64,000 nucleotides of DNA from Marsupella aquatica (taxonomy: Eukaryota > Plantae > Marchantiophyta). The stretch is from positions 13,643,934-13,707,933 of the forward strand of contig OZ316899.1 in assembly GCA_973895155.1 (NCBI GenBank). The letters run 5' to 3'. Below are positions 14,001 to 24,660 of this stretch, piece by piece. The notes beneath the pieces were generated by a model that saw only the letters and a program-made list of their open reading frames with translations, was not told where the DNA came from and ran no database searches. A program made the position numbers and the translations under genes. The stretch's first letter is position 1. Every line of letters starts with the position of its first letter.

Positions 14001-14836
14001 TTCTGGATCCTGGCATATTCGTCAAACTTTGAAGCATGGAGCCGGACCTGTTTGCAATGGATCCCTTGGCGGACAAGGAGATCATGATGAATGTCAAAAT
14101 CGATTAAAGAAGGTAGGTTACCGGACGGCAAGTGGAGTTGTTGGTATTGCAATTCGAGCAGCGCGGCTTTTTAGAGGGGAACCACATCCGGAACTGATCT
14201 GGTTCTGTCCAAATAATGTTTGTTACAACAGTTGTCCTCGAAAAGGTGTGGTGAACGTTCCTCCCCCTGTCAATCACCTGCCTGTTGCATTGAGTACAAA
14301 TCTTTCCGCAATGGAGGTCGAGTTTCTGAAGGAGAATGGAATATCAATCGGTGGTGTAGGTCATGGTGTAGAAAATGCACCAATTGGACTCGATCTCCGC
14401 ATTGATGTCAATACTTTCCCTGAAAGAATCAATCTAGTTGAGCCGACAATTTGCTGTTTATCTCGAAACGGAAGGACGTACTTACAGAGAGTGCATCTAA
14501 CTAAGTCGCACTATAAGAAGATTGAAGCAGCTAAGAAAGAGGAGATGAAAGTAATATGTTCCAGGGATGTTGCAACAGGAAATGGATGGGGCAAACAATT
14601 TTGTGTTCAATCACCACTCTGTGATTGCCTATTGGGTTCAGATTTGCTGCTTCCCGTGCTGTTCTTGCGAAGATTTTTACCGTCGTCATGCCCACAAAAA
14701 ACCTTTCATGCCTTGCAAACATCTGTACTGGATTTATAAAAATGTTCTCAAGCTGGACCTACGAGAATCCACATTGTCAAGTCAGCCGATACTCACCGTT
14801 GGAGAAATACATCTATTGTTGGAACGGGAAACTTGA
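11023..14836 (+). pseudogene. MULE DDE transposase with C-terminal SWIM zinc finger (copy A)
   Basis: Catalytic-type motifs FDVMH, FMADNAQA, DAFH and SESSH, plus SWIM CSCEDF..CKHL. Intron ~13070-13340. Several nonsense codons and a frameshift. The start is uncertain. Confidence 0.85.
13085..13242. repeat. 66-bp tandem repeat in the transposase A intron, one palindrome per unit
   Basis: TAGCGCCTGG(C/T)GCTA at 13094, 13160 and 13226. Confidence 0.9.
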
Positions 14837-15433
14837 GTGGAAACCGTTGGCTATTGTGTGGTTTACGTTCAACCGTGCTTTCTTTTCTTTGTCGTTATCC
14901 AACGGCATTATCAGATGGACATTTTTTAGAATGAGTACGTTACATGTTTTTAATGTGGAGTGTCATCATATGTAGCGCCTGGCGCTAGTATTATTGACAT
15001 ATTGATTCAATAATTGTCTAACGAGGGTTTTACACTGCCTTGTTTTTATTAGAGTTGGTTTTCCTGTCACACTCATTATACCCCACCAGGAGGTTTTTTG
15101 GGAATCAGTACATTATATGTTTTTAGTTTCTTAAAGTAGAGTGTCATCAATGGTAGCGCCTGGCGCTAGTATTATTGACAGTCGATTCAGATCGTGTACT
15201 TTTGAGGTTTGGACAATGCCTCGTTTTTATTAAAGTTTGGTTTCAAACGCCGTGATAAGTACTATGAGTCACTGAATACATAAAATGCAATGGAGGTTTG
15301 GGATGGAGTTTTTGTTTGTTTTGCTGGTGATTGTAAATAGGAAGTAAATTTGAAGCAGGTATTTCCTGATGTGAGTAAAAACTTTGCTCGTAACAGTAAA
15401 AAAACTCCTGTTTCCTAGCACGGTGTAAACCCT

Positions 15434-15814
15434 CGGCCCATTATGGGAAGATCAATGAGATCCTGACAGTGAAGTACCATGCACATATTACTTTGGATGA
15501 GGTGATATTTAAGTGCAAATGGTTCAAGATGAATCTTGTAGGCAACAATAAAACCTGTGAAGAAGATGCATGCGGATTTACCCGTTTGAAGACATCTGCA
15601 AATAGTGTTATTAATTAGTTCCAATTGGAGGTCTTCAGATCCCTTTGCCTTCCCACATCACCCTGAGCAGTGCTTTTACCTACCCTATCCAAATGACCCA
15701 CATTGGTCCATTGTCGTGCCTTATATCCCTAGATCACGGTCTATAGTGCAAGAGAGACCCAATGTCATTGTAGTGGAAGACAACGACATCCCCAACCCTC
15801 CACAAGCTAGTTAG
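15434..15814 (+). pseudogene. CACTA TnpD-like transposase C-terminus (DUF4216)
   Basis: YGKINEILTVKY..VIFKCKWF..DACGFTRL..DPFAFPHHPEQCFYLPYPNDPHWSIVV matches the DUF4216 pattern. Confidence 0.85.
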
Positions 15815-15892
15815 TATATTTTGTATGTAGCCAGGGCCCCCCGCAACCACCACCTTCATGTTTTTTTTAATCGGCAATATAAAAATTGGCAT

Positions 15893-18338
15893 TGTGACAC
15901 CGATGACATGGTCCTTATTCTATAATCTGAGTAACTAGGTTGCTGTATGCAAGGAGTAGCTATTGATACCGCATAACAATTAGCAAGATGGCAAGAATAA
16001 GGGCAATCATGGCGTTAAGAGTAGGGAAATAAAAGCTATGTCGCGGGTGGTCGGCGACCATATCTCTTTCAATATGTCACCAAATCCGGATCTGTAAAGA
16101 GCATTGGAAAGATCTGGTCAAGGCGAGTAAAATCGATATAAAACACTCGGGAAACGGAGGTGTATTAAGGAAGATACGGCCTGATTAGTGTGACGGGTTA
16201 ACTTGTGGCCGGAATTAGCGGGTTCGGCTTCAGTTTCGGGTTAACCCAAGCTCGGCCACGGCTTAGCTTAGGTAAGCACGGCTTCAGCTTAGCTCAGGTA
16301 AGCACGCCTTCAGCTTATCTTAGGTAAGCACGGCTTCAGCTTAGCTCAAGTAAGCACAGCTTCAGCTTAGGCTTAACCCGGGTTCGGATTAGATTGATCC
16401 CGGGTTAGACTTAACTCGGGTTAGCCTAAACTCAGGCTCAGGTTAGCATAGGTAAGCTCGGGTTCGGGCTCAGCTTAGGTTAGCGGTTAGCAGATAGCGG
16501 GTAGCGGCCTAACCCGAGACCACGGGTTAGCTCTACTCGGGTTAGATAGGATAGCTAGGTTAGCCAAACTCGGGTTAGCTATGTAACTCGGGTTAGCGCA
16601 GCAGTGAGTACCCCCTCTTGGTTGCGGGGGCATAACTCTCTGTGTATTTGACCAAATCGGCTATAATTGACCTCGTTGGAAAGAGGAGCTCAAGCCGCTT
16701 CCAACGCTGCTATCCACGCAGTAAATGGTTGAATAGAGAAATCAGGAGAGGAGGCGCAAGCTCGCAAAAACCATGGAGGAGGGCCAAATCCAAAGTACAT
16801 AGCCAATTCGAGATATAAATAAAGTTGCGAGTTAGGGTTCAGTAGTTAGAGATAGTGGCGGCTCTGTTAGGGCTGGGATGGGGCTCCAGCAGCGTAGTAT
16901 CCACCCATTTGGGCTCAGTATGAGAGTATATAGAGCAGCCCCCCGGTAGAGGCAGGGGGGGACTTCAGTTGTGTGATCTCACTTAGACTGAGCAGTAGGG
17001 AAGAGCTCTGTGCAAGCAAGGCTGGACTTGGACGCTGCGTGTTGGGGAGAGCTTGGTTGTGCTATTACTCAGGGAGTAATCAGCCAAGCTTCACAGCAAC
17101 GGGTTGCTAGGTTTGCGAGCTGGATTGTGGCTCTTTCTAGTGGGTAGCACAACTGGGTTCTTTTCCCCCGATACAGAGCCTTGGTGATAGGTGATGTATT
17201 GGTGATTGTAAACTGTGGGGAGGATGTCAATTTGATTTGTGGTGAGCACATTAGGGAGGCTGAGACATTGATTGAGGGGCAGCAGGAGGAGCATTTACAG
17301 TTCAGTCTGGCAAGGCTACGTGATCCATGGGGAGTCCCGGCCTTTGTCTGGTGGAGAGCACTAAGGGATCTATGGCCAGAGCGGAGCTTGCAGGGCAAGC
17401 GTGAGGCCGGGCCTCATTGCAGTCTGGGGTAGATCGCCGTTAGGCCTGGTACCAGCTTTGAAGTCGAGTCAACTATGTATGCGTAACTTGACGTTCTGAA
17501 TTGGAGGTGTGAGATCTGTATGTGCCCCCAAGAATGAAGTGCTGTGAAGGAGGTTGAGTTCAGGATTGAGTTTGCAAGGCAAGTACGGGATTGGTTTGAG
17601 TCCAATCTACCGTCACAATCTGGAGTGAGTCGGGCTCAGGTTCAGGATTGAGCTTGCATGGCAAGCACGGGGCTTGCGGGGCAAGCACGTCACAATCTAG
17701 AGGAGACAGCCTTCGGCCCTAGTGTTCGGATCAAGTGTTCTCAGTGAACTATTGTGCACATCTTTGAATCTAATTGATTTTTCCTCTCAGGCCTCATTTC
17801 TCTCATGGATGTGTGTGTGTGTGAGGCAATCTCAGTGTATGATGGGACTAGCAGGGCCACTGAGAGGTGTACAGGGTGCATTAAAGCGGGCTGGGTGAGG
17901 ACTGTCATAGCTCTGATTGCTGAGAGTGGAATGGCAGAGTGGTGGGGCAATGGCTTAGAAGTCCCTAAGCCGGGAATCAGTCAGGAGTCACTGGTTTATG
18001 GGTACATTCCGGCGGCGGAATAGAAACATACCTATGACAGTAAGCATACGTATAGACCTATGCGCACCGTAGCGCTAGGCCCTGTGTGTACGGGCCCGAT
18101 ATGAAGACCCCTTATCACCAGAACTATCATGAGCACGGATCTGATCCCCAACCTTGGTTCCTTGGGATTGAGCTTGGGTGATGTGTGATAGAGTCTTGCT
18201 ATGATAGTCTGGTGTTAAGGGCGTAAATTGGTGTTCACCGGCCTTCACAACATCCCTTCGTGATCCTCAGGTATAAAGAGATGGTTTTGGCACCCATAGT
18301 GACGTTTTGGTGTTAAGACCCATGTCAATCGCGTGACA
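15893..18338 (+). mobile_element. Solo LTR, family X copy 1
   Basis: TGTGAC...GTGACA ends, 5-bp TSD GGCAT on both sides, internal 26-bp tandem repeats. Homologous to 37099-39475 and 49482-52259. Strand is relative to the other copies. Confidence 0.9.
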
Positions 18339-19040
18339 GGCATCATTACTTCTTTAATTGTCATGGTATGCGCATGCCCAAAATCTATTGGTTATATAAG
18401 TGTCCCTACCTTATATACCCTTCCTAAGAACCCCCCACCTTATGTTGCATTGACTGTCCCATGAAAAAACCATCGGATTTCCATCGAACCTCCTACAAAA
18501 AAAACTGACATTTTTTATACTCTCACCTACAAACCATTCCATATAAAACACATTGAACACATGTTTTCGATCCTCTCTACAACGGACCACTTCTCCTCCT
18601 TTGTTGACGAGGTATCTGATCCAATATCTGACGGACAATGTCCAACATAAACTCCTACGCACAAACTATGCAATCCTAAAAAAACAGACACGTTTATCCA
18701 ATGCATGTTGTATTGGTCTTAGTCCGATACAATTACAAACGCAAACATGTTGCGATGCATTAAATTTTGGATACATTATGTTGTCAAGGCGACACATTTT
18801 CCGATATGTTTAGTGTCAGATAATTTCCGATACAAATAACGTGGGACAATGTATGTGATGTGTTTTACATTGGAATGGCCAGATCCGATGGGAGCAAGGT
18901 TGGACAATACATTGCAGGACACATCGGATATTGTCTGAAGTCTTCGGAATTGGATGGGTGAAGTTTGGCTCAAAAGGAGTATCGAAAAACCGCTGAAAAT
19001 GTACTAGTGAATTAGAGAGCATCACGGGACCCACCCAAAC

Positions 19041-19688
19041 ATGGATGCAGACCTTTACCTCTTGTCTAATGCCCCTAGCCCGAAAGTGATGAAAGTGAAG
19101 AGTTACAAACGGATGAGAGCATATGGGAATCACTTTCGAGTGAAGGATGGTGATAGTGCCTATAGGGTGACAAATGACTGCGGGCTCATCACTATATTTG
19201 AGCAACACAGCCATGATCACGACAGGGCCTGGAGATGGGATATCTGGGAGACATATCCCACATATCCCATATGGGCTCTGGACTATGGGGCGGTGTCCAG
19301 TCCTGTGATTCTTATGAAAGGTTCATGGGTGCGACAAGGTTGGCTTGGTAACAGGGCTACCATGAAGAGAGACAATGGTGGTTTCTTGCTTGCAAGTTTT
19401 AGAGGGAAATTGCCTGAATGGTCTGAGCCATTTGTGTTTCCCAATCAGGTGGAGCAAGCTTTCTTCCTGGATGTGGAAGACTCCCCAGCTTGGCGTGTAG
19501 TGCATTGGATGGAAGGACTAAAGCTTGAGTTTCATTTACACTCTCATAGTGCCTTTGATCGTCGGCGTTCAGACCAAGTGCCTGTAGTTCATGATAGCGG
19601 GGACTTCATTCCTATGACAAGGGTAGAGGCATTTGCCGAAGGAGATGAATTTAGACACGCAGATGTTGATAGTGTGCCTATGCCCTAA
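19041..19688 (+). pseudogene. Second, divergent CACTA-type DUF4216 fragment
   Basis: YKRMRAYGNHFRV..TNDCGL..IWALDYG..VILMKGSWV..DNGGF..EPFVFPNQVEQAFF..WRVV. Confidence 0.8.
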
Positions 19689-21099
19689 GTAACATGAATT
19701 GTTTGCATGGACATTAGTGAGGGGAAGGATGTGTAATAAAGAAATTGTCAAGCAACATAGATATATGGATGGATGCATGGATGGATGGTGATTGTGGTTG
19801 CATTGTGTTATACAGGGTGACCATAGATGACATGTGTTTGTGGTCCAGTAGGATGAAAGAGAGTGACACAGAGATGTGTGAGTATGAAAGGAAAGCTGTG
19901 GAACGTTGAGCATACGTGAATGCCAGAGTAGCAAAATTGGAAGCCTCCCTGAAAAAGGATGTGGCCTGAAATGTAATTCTCAACCACAACCCTATGTTGA
20001 GTTTGTGTGACATGAATAGTTAAATGTGGCACTAAAATTGTAACTGTACTCTCATATTGGAATGTAGCAGAACCACCAAAATTTCAAACAAACAAAAGGA
20101 GTACGCAAGAAGGGTGACTAGCACTACCTTTGGGCCTGCACGTTGGAGTGAAAGGTTGAGCAAGAAGGTTGTACCTACAATGGCAGAATGTGGAGAAGAG
20201 ATGGATCTTGCATAGGTGGGTGCAGACACCAGACAAGAAGATGCAGATGATGAGTATTTTCCAGAGGAAATGGATGAGGATGGGGGTTATGAAGATGAAT
20301 ACATTGTAGAGCAGCCCAAAAAGAAACAGGTAAGTAGTTTTCCCGACAATGTACTAAGTTAAACTCTCTTCTTTAGAGGTTTCATGACTTCACTACACAT
20401 GTACAATGCTTAGTTTGTGACATTGTAGTTGGTGATGTGATGCAGCAACCGGTCAGTTCTGTTTTGCTTGCAAAGCCTGCGCATGCACCATACTAGCAGG
20501 GGGGCTGACCTAGATCAAGGTTGGCAAGGTGGTAGTAGTGGTAGATCCCAGACTGGTGCCCAATATTATGGCAAGGGGCAAAGTCAAGGTTATGCTCATA
20601 GTAGAGGCAGAGCAGATCCAAACCCACAGTCTCATGGGTATGGACGTCCACCTCAACCATGGGGATGTGAGTATATATCTATATGTCAGTTCTTTGTTAA
20701 GGCATGGCACTTGGGAATTTCAGATTGCTAATGCAATTTTTGACATTGTTTGGGATATATTGGATTCATACAACATGACATTCATTCCACCTGCCATTGC
20801 ATGTAGATTCTGCCCAACCTGATTGGGCAAATGTTGGTAATGATCAGTTTCAATGTCCACCAGGACAGACATGGGTTGAACCAGGTTGGGAGGATGGTGA
20901 TAGTTCCTGGAATCAACAAGGCTGGGAAGGTGGTGGAGATAATTGGTAGGGATTTCATAATACAGTACCTACAAACGCTAGAAGAGGGGCAGGTAATGTC
21001 TAAAGTAGTTGCAATGAAAGAACTCATTTTATCTAGTAGTCCATTCATGTGGGTATACCGTGAACATGTACAATGATAGCAAATGTATGTGTGCAGGTT

Positions 21100-21230
21100 G
21101 GACAGTCAAACCGTCAATGCAAGTATTCACTAATGCATTGATGACGTCGCAAGTGATCCATTTTTTTGGCCTCAAGCATTTTAAATGTGCCCTCGTCAAG
21201 TGCACGTCCTCGATTGTCACTATGACCTCT
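21100..21230 (-). pseudogene. Ulp1/peptidase C48 (SUMO protease) N-terminal fragment, truncated
   Basis: VTIEDVHLTRAHLKCLRPKKWITCDVINAL resembles the Ulp1 pattern 'lt..dl..L.p..WLnD.vIn'. The catalytic triad region is absent. Confidence 0.65.
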
Positions 21231-21824
21231 TTTTGGTCCGCCTTGGGGTCCAATGCCTTCTTCACTATTGCCAAAAATTTGGATGGTTGCTTTTGTGCGG
21301 GCACTCCTTTGTTTGCAAGCCCCACCTCTTTCACTCCTGCCCGGGGAGTCAGCCCCTCATTCACTGGTTGCTCAGGTCTCTCTTGAGCTGCAATGAAGGT
21401 AAATTCATTCAAACATTACTCTTCGGAACTGGAGCTTGATAATCTTATACTTACATGGTGAGTTTGGAGACTGTCACTTCCTACCGAGCTACTCTCATCC
21501 GATTGAGCTTCTTTTGCCCTATCATCGACAAATTTGAGAGTTTTCCTTTTTCCCTCTTTTACACAATGAGGCACTATTTCTTCATGATAGGTATGAGCAG
21601 CGTGGCACGAAAGGGTTAACTTCTCCGGCGGGAAATATGCCAAAGCTTCCTCCCACGCGAGCTTGACAAGCCGTCTGTCCTGGTTGTCCCATTCCGCTGT
21701 AGCTGACTCGGTAGTCCTGTCGGGAACTGCTACTTAGTTATACTTAAATCCAATCAAATAATGTATTGCGCCCAAAATAGACGTAAACAAGAAGGCATCT
21801 ATAGGGGAAGGTAGTCGACATGGA

Positions 21825-22510
21825 TCGACGGATCTTGAAGAGGCCAGCCGAGATCACTCTTCCTGGACGGATCTTGGAGAGGCCAGCCAAGATGACTATT
21901 CCTGAGACGGATCTCAAAGAGGCCAGCCGAGATTGACTATTCCTAAGACAGATCTTGGAGACGCCAGCCGAGATGACTTCCTGAGACGGATTGGAGAGGC
22001 TAGTCGAGATGACTGTTCCTGAGACGGATCTCAAAGAGGCCAGCCGAGATTGACTCATCCTGAGATGGATCTCGGAGCGGCCAGCCAAGATGACTGTTCC
22101 TGAGACGGATCTCAGAGAGGCTAGCCGAGATTGACTCTTCCTGAGACGGATCTCAGAGAGGCCAGCCAAGATTGACTCTTCCTGAGACGGATCTTGGAGA
22201 GGCCAGCAGAGATGACTATTCCTTAGACGGATCTCAGAGAGGCCAGCCGAGATTGACTCTTCCTGAGACGGATCTTAGAGAGGCCAGCCGAGATTGACTC
22301 TTCCTAAGACGGATCTTGGAGAGGCCAGCCAAGATCACTCTTCCTGAGACGGATCTCGGAGAGGCCAGCCGATATGACTATTCCTGAGACGGATCTCAGA
22401 GAGGCCAGCCGAGATTGACTCTTCCTGAGACAGATCTTGGATAGGCCAGCCAAGATCACTCTTCCTCAGACGGATCTTGGAGAGGCCCGCCAAGATGACT
22501 CTTCCTGAGT
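21825..22510. repeat. 39-40-bp minisatellite (~17 units) in an intron of gene B
   Basis: Unit GACGGATCTC(A/G)GAGAGGCCAGCCGAGATTGACTCTTCCTGA, each containing a palindrome variant. Confidence 0.95.
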
Positions 22511-24394
22511 TGCATGTAGAGGAATGAATCTTGGCGAGGTCCACCAACATGCATCTCAAGTTAGGACTTGCCCTTGCTTGCAGAGGAGGCCAGACACTAT
22601 GAATGTCAGCGAGATCAGCCGACATGCATAGATATTGGCGAGGCCGCTGACTTGTATCCCTCTATTGTCAACCATTGCGACGAGCAAGCAAATATGAAAT
22701 GAACAACGTCAAACGCCAGAAAACTTACATGTTGTTGGGAGTACTGCCGGCTTTTTCTTCTTGCACTTTTCTGGATTGGCTTTTGAATGGACCACCTCTT
22801 CCTCCTTCGAGGAGATCATTCCAACCAGTTGTGCCAGTTGGTCTTGCACACAAGTTCCAAAGTGAGGATAGGATTCAGTCTCAAACACCATCCGCTCGCA
22901 ATTTTCACCCGCCTTGAATATTGCCCCAAAATGTGCGTTGAAATTGAGGATAGTTGCCCCAGGGTGTGTTGTATATTTGATGATACATTGGAGCGTTGCT
23001 GGCAACAATGTGCCCGCAAAAGGATCGTTAACCTGATTCTTCTTGGATGTATAGTTTGTTAGCCCATTCCTGCTCTTCATATCGAGCTCTGCACTAATTG
23101 GTGCCACATCGTCCTTTGGGCATATCTCCACAGCAGATTGAAACCCCCACAGGTCTAGCTTGAGATATTTGCTCTGGATCGGCCAAACATATTCAGAGGT
23201 CAGACTTCCTCAGTTTAGGATAGTAAGTCATTGGAATAAAAAACCAATGAAGAAGTAGGTAATTGATGGGACTTACTCGCTTCCTAGTCCTACCATTGTA
23301 GGTGGGTGTGTCGTTCCAGATAAAGAAGCTTTCTTTCAACCCCCAGTTGGTATTCTCGTAAACTAATGCATCATAAATGCAAGTTGAGTGCCAAAGCGAA
23401 CCACTATGCACAATGGCAAACAGTCCTTCAGAATCAAGGACGTCTCGAGCAAACTCCTGAACCCGGTTCAAGTCGTCCTCCCAGAACGAATTCCACAACG
23501 GGGTGGACTTACCCTCGACCATACGCGTGTCTATTCCCATATGTATCAGAATTAAATCTGCATCAGTCTTCACTCGCTTCCCCCCCTTTTCTCCAGGCAT
23601 TTTGATGCAAACCTTCCCGCAATAGCTTTCTACACCATGAGATCAATTTACTAACTACAGGGGGTTCGGTACCTTCTTTAGCCGCATCAAAAAAAGTTGT
23701 AAATAGATTTGGAGACCACCTAAAATACATATGTCTGCTCTGGGAAGACATGGTATTGGCATAAGGACGCCTTACTCCTTCCAACTTTGTATTATCCTCT
23801 TCTCCAAGGGCCTCTTCATCCTCCTCATTTTCCAATGTGGGGTCAGGTTGGATGGTTGTGGGCGGAACCTCTCCAGTGCCGGGCGGGGGAGGCGACTCAG
23901 TGGGGGAAGGAAGAGGAGGAAATTCCTTGTCACGTGCTTTGCTTGGGCTCCCTTTGAGAGCTTTGGGTCGCCTAGTTTGCTTTCTTTTTAAGGCCTTTTC
24001 CTTTTGCCGTGATAGTAATGGTGGCCGGTAAGGCACAGGAGAGATATCAGACAAGCGCCCTTGCCCTTCATCTTCGGATTGTCCTTTGTCCTCTTCCTCT
24101 CGCTCCTCTTCCTCTTGCTCACCCATATCATCCTCACCTTGCTGCTTGTCAGCCAATTCATCTTGTACTTCAGGAGCCTCATGTGGAGGCAAGTCAAATT
24201 CTTGCAGTGGAGCCTTATCTGGACCCAACTCAACTATTGGTTGTTTATCCTTGTGCCCTGGACCCTGCAAAACCCCTGGACCGTCCTCAACTGCTGCCTT
24301 TGTAGCCGGCTCTACACCCTTGCTCTTGATAGAACCAGGTTCCGTTTGGATCTCTGCATGACCTGCATAGGATGCAAATTGATGATGGCAACTA

Positions 24395-24660
24395 CATCTT
24401 GGCGAGCCTCGCCAAGATCGGGTTCATTATATGCAAGCAACTTATTACTCAACTAATACTTCATCTCGGCGAGCCTCGCTGACATCTGGACTGGACTAGA
24501 CACTTAATCTCGGAGAGCCTCCCCGACATCTGGACTGGACCAGACACTTAATCTCAGAGAGCCTCGCCGACATCTGGGCTGGACCAAACACTTAATCTCG
24601 GAGAGCCTCGCCGACATCTGGGCTGGACCAGACACTTAATCTCAGCGAGCCTCGCCAAGT
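24395..24660. repeat. ~39-bp tandem repeat in an intron of gene B
   Basis: Unit ATCTCGGAGAGCCTCGCCGACATCTGGGCTGGACCAGACACTTA and variants. Confidence 0.9.

Larger units (their letters stand above)
3525..15433. mobile_element. MULE element A (11.9 kb) with transposase and ParB/MTase-like cargo
   Basis: Imperfect TIRs AGGGTATAACGACCGTG / AGGGTTTACACCGTG (revcomp). 9-bp TSD TGGCCCATT (3516-3524) / CGGCCCATT (15434-15442). Excision restores the host frame (V-A-H|Y-G-K). Confidence 0.9.

Noticed and set aside
17069-18023. Short ORFs recurring in all three solo LTRs
   Set aside because: They recur only because the repeat is duplicated. No domain is recognisable and stops differ between copies.
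19812-19830. AGGGTGACCATAG as the left TIR of element B
   Set aside because: Only a weak match to the candidate right end, and the flanks give no TSD.
21825-22510. Regular ~40-bp repeats resembling a CRISPR array, and ORF 21744-22169
   Set aside because: The units are head-to-tail with no unique spacers, there are no cas genes and the context is eukaryotic. The ORF is just the translated minisatellite inside an intron.
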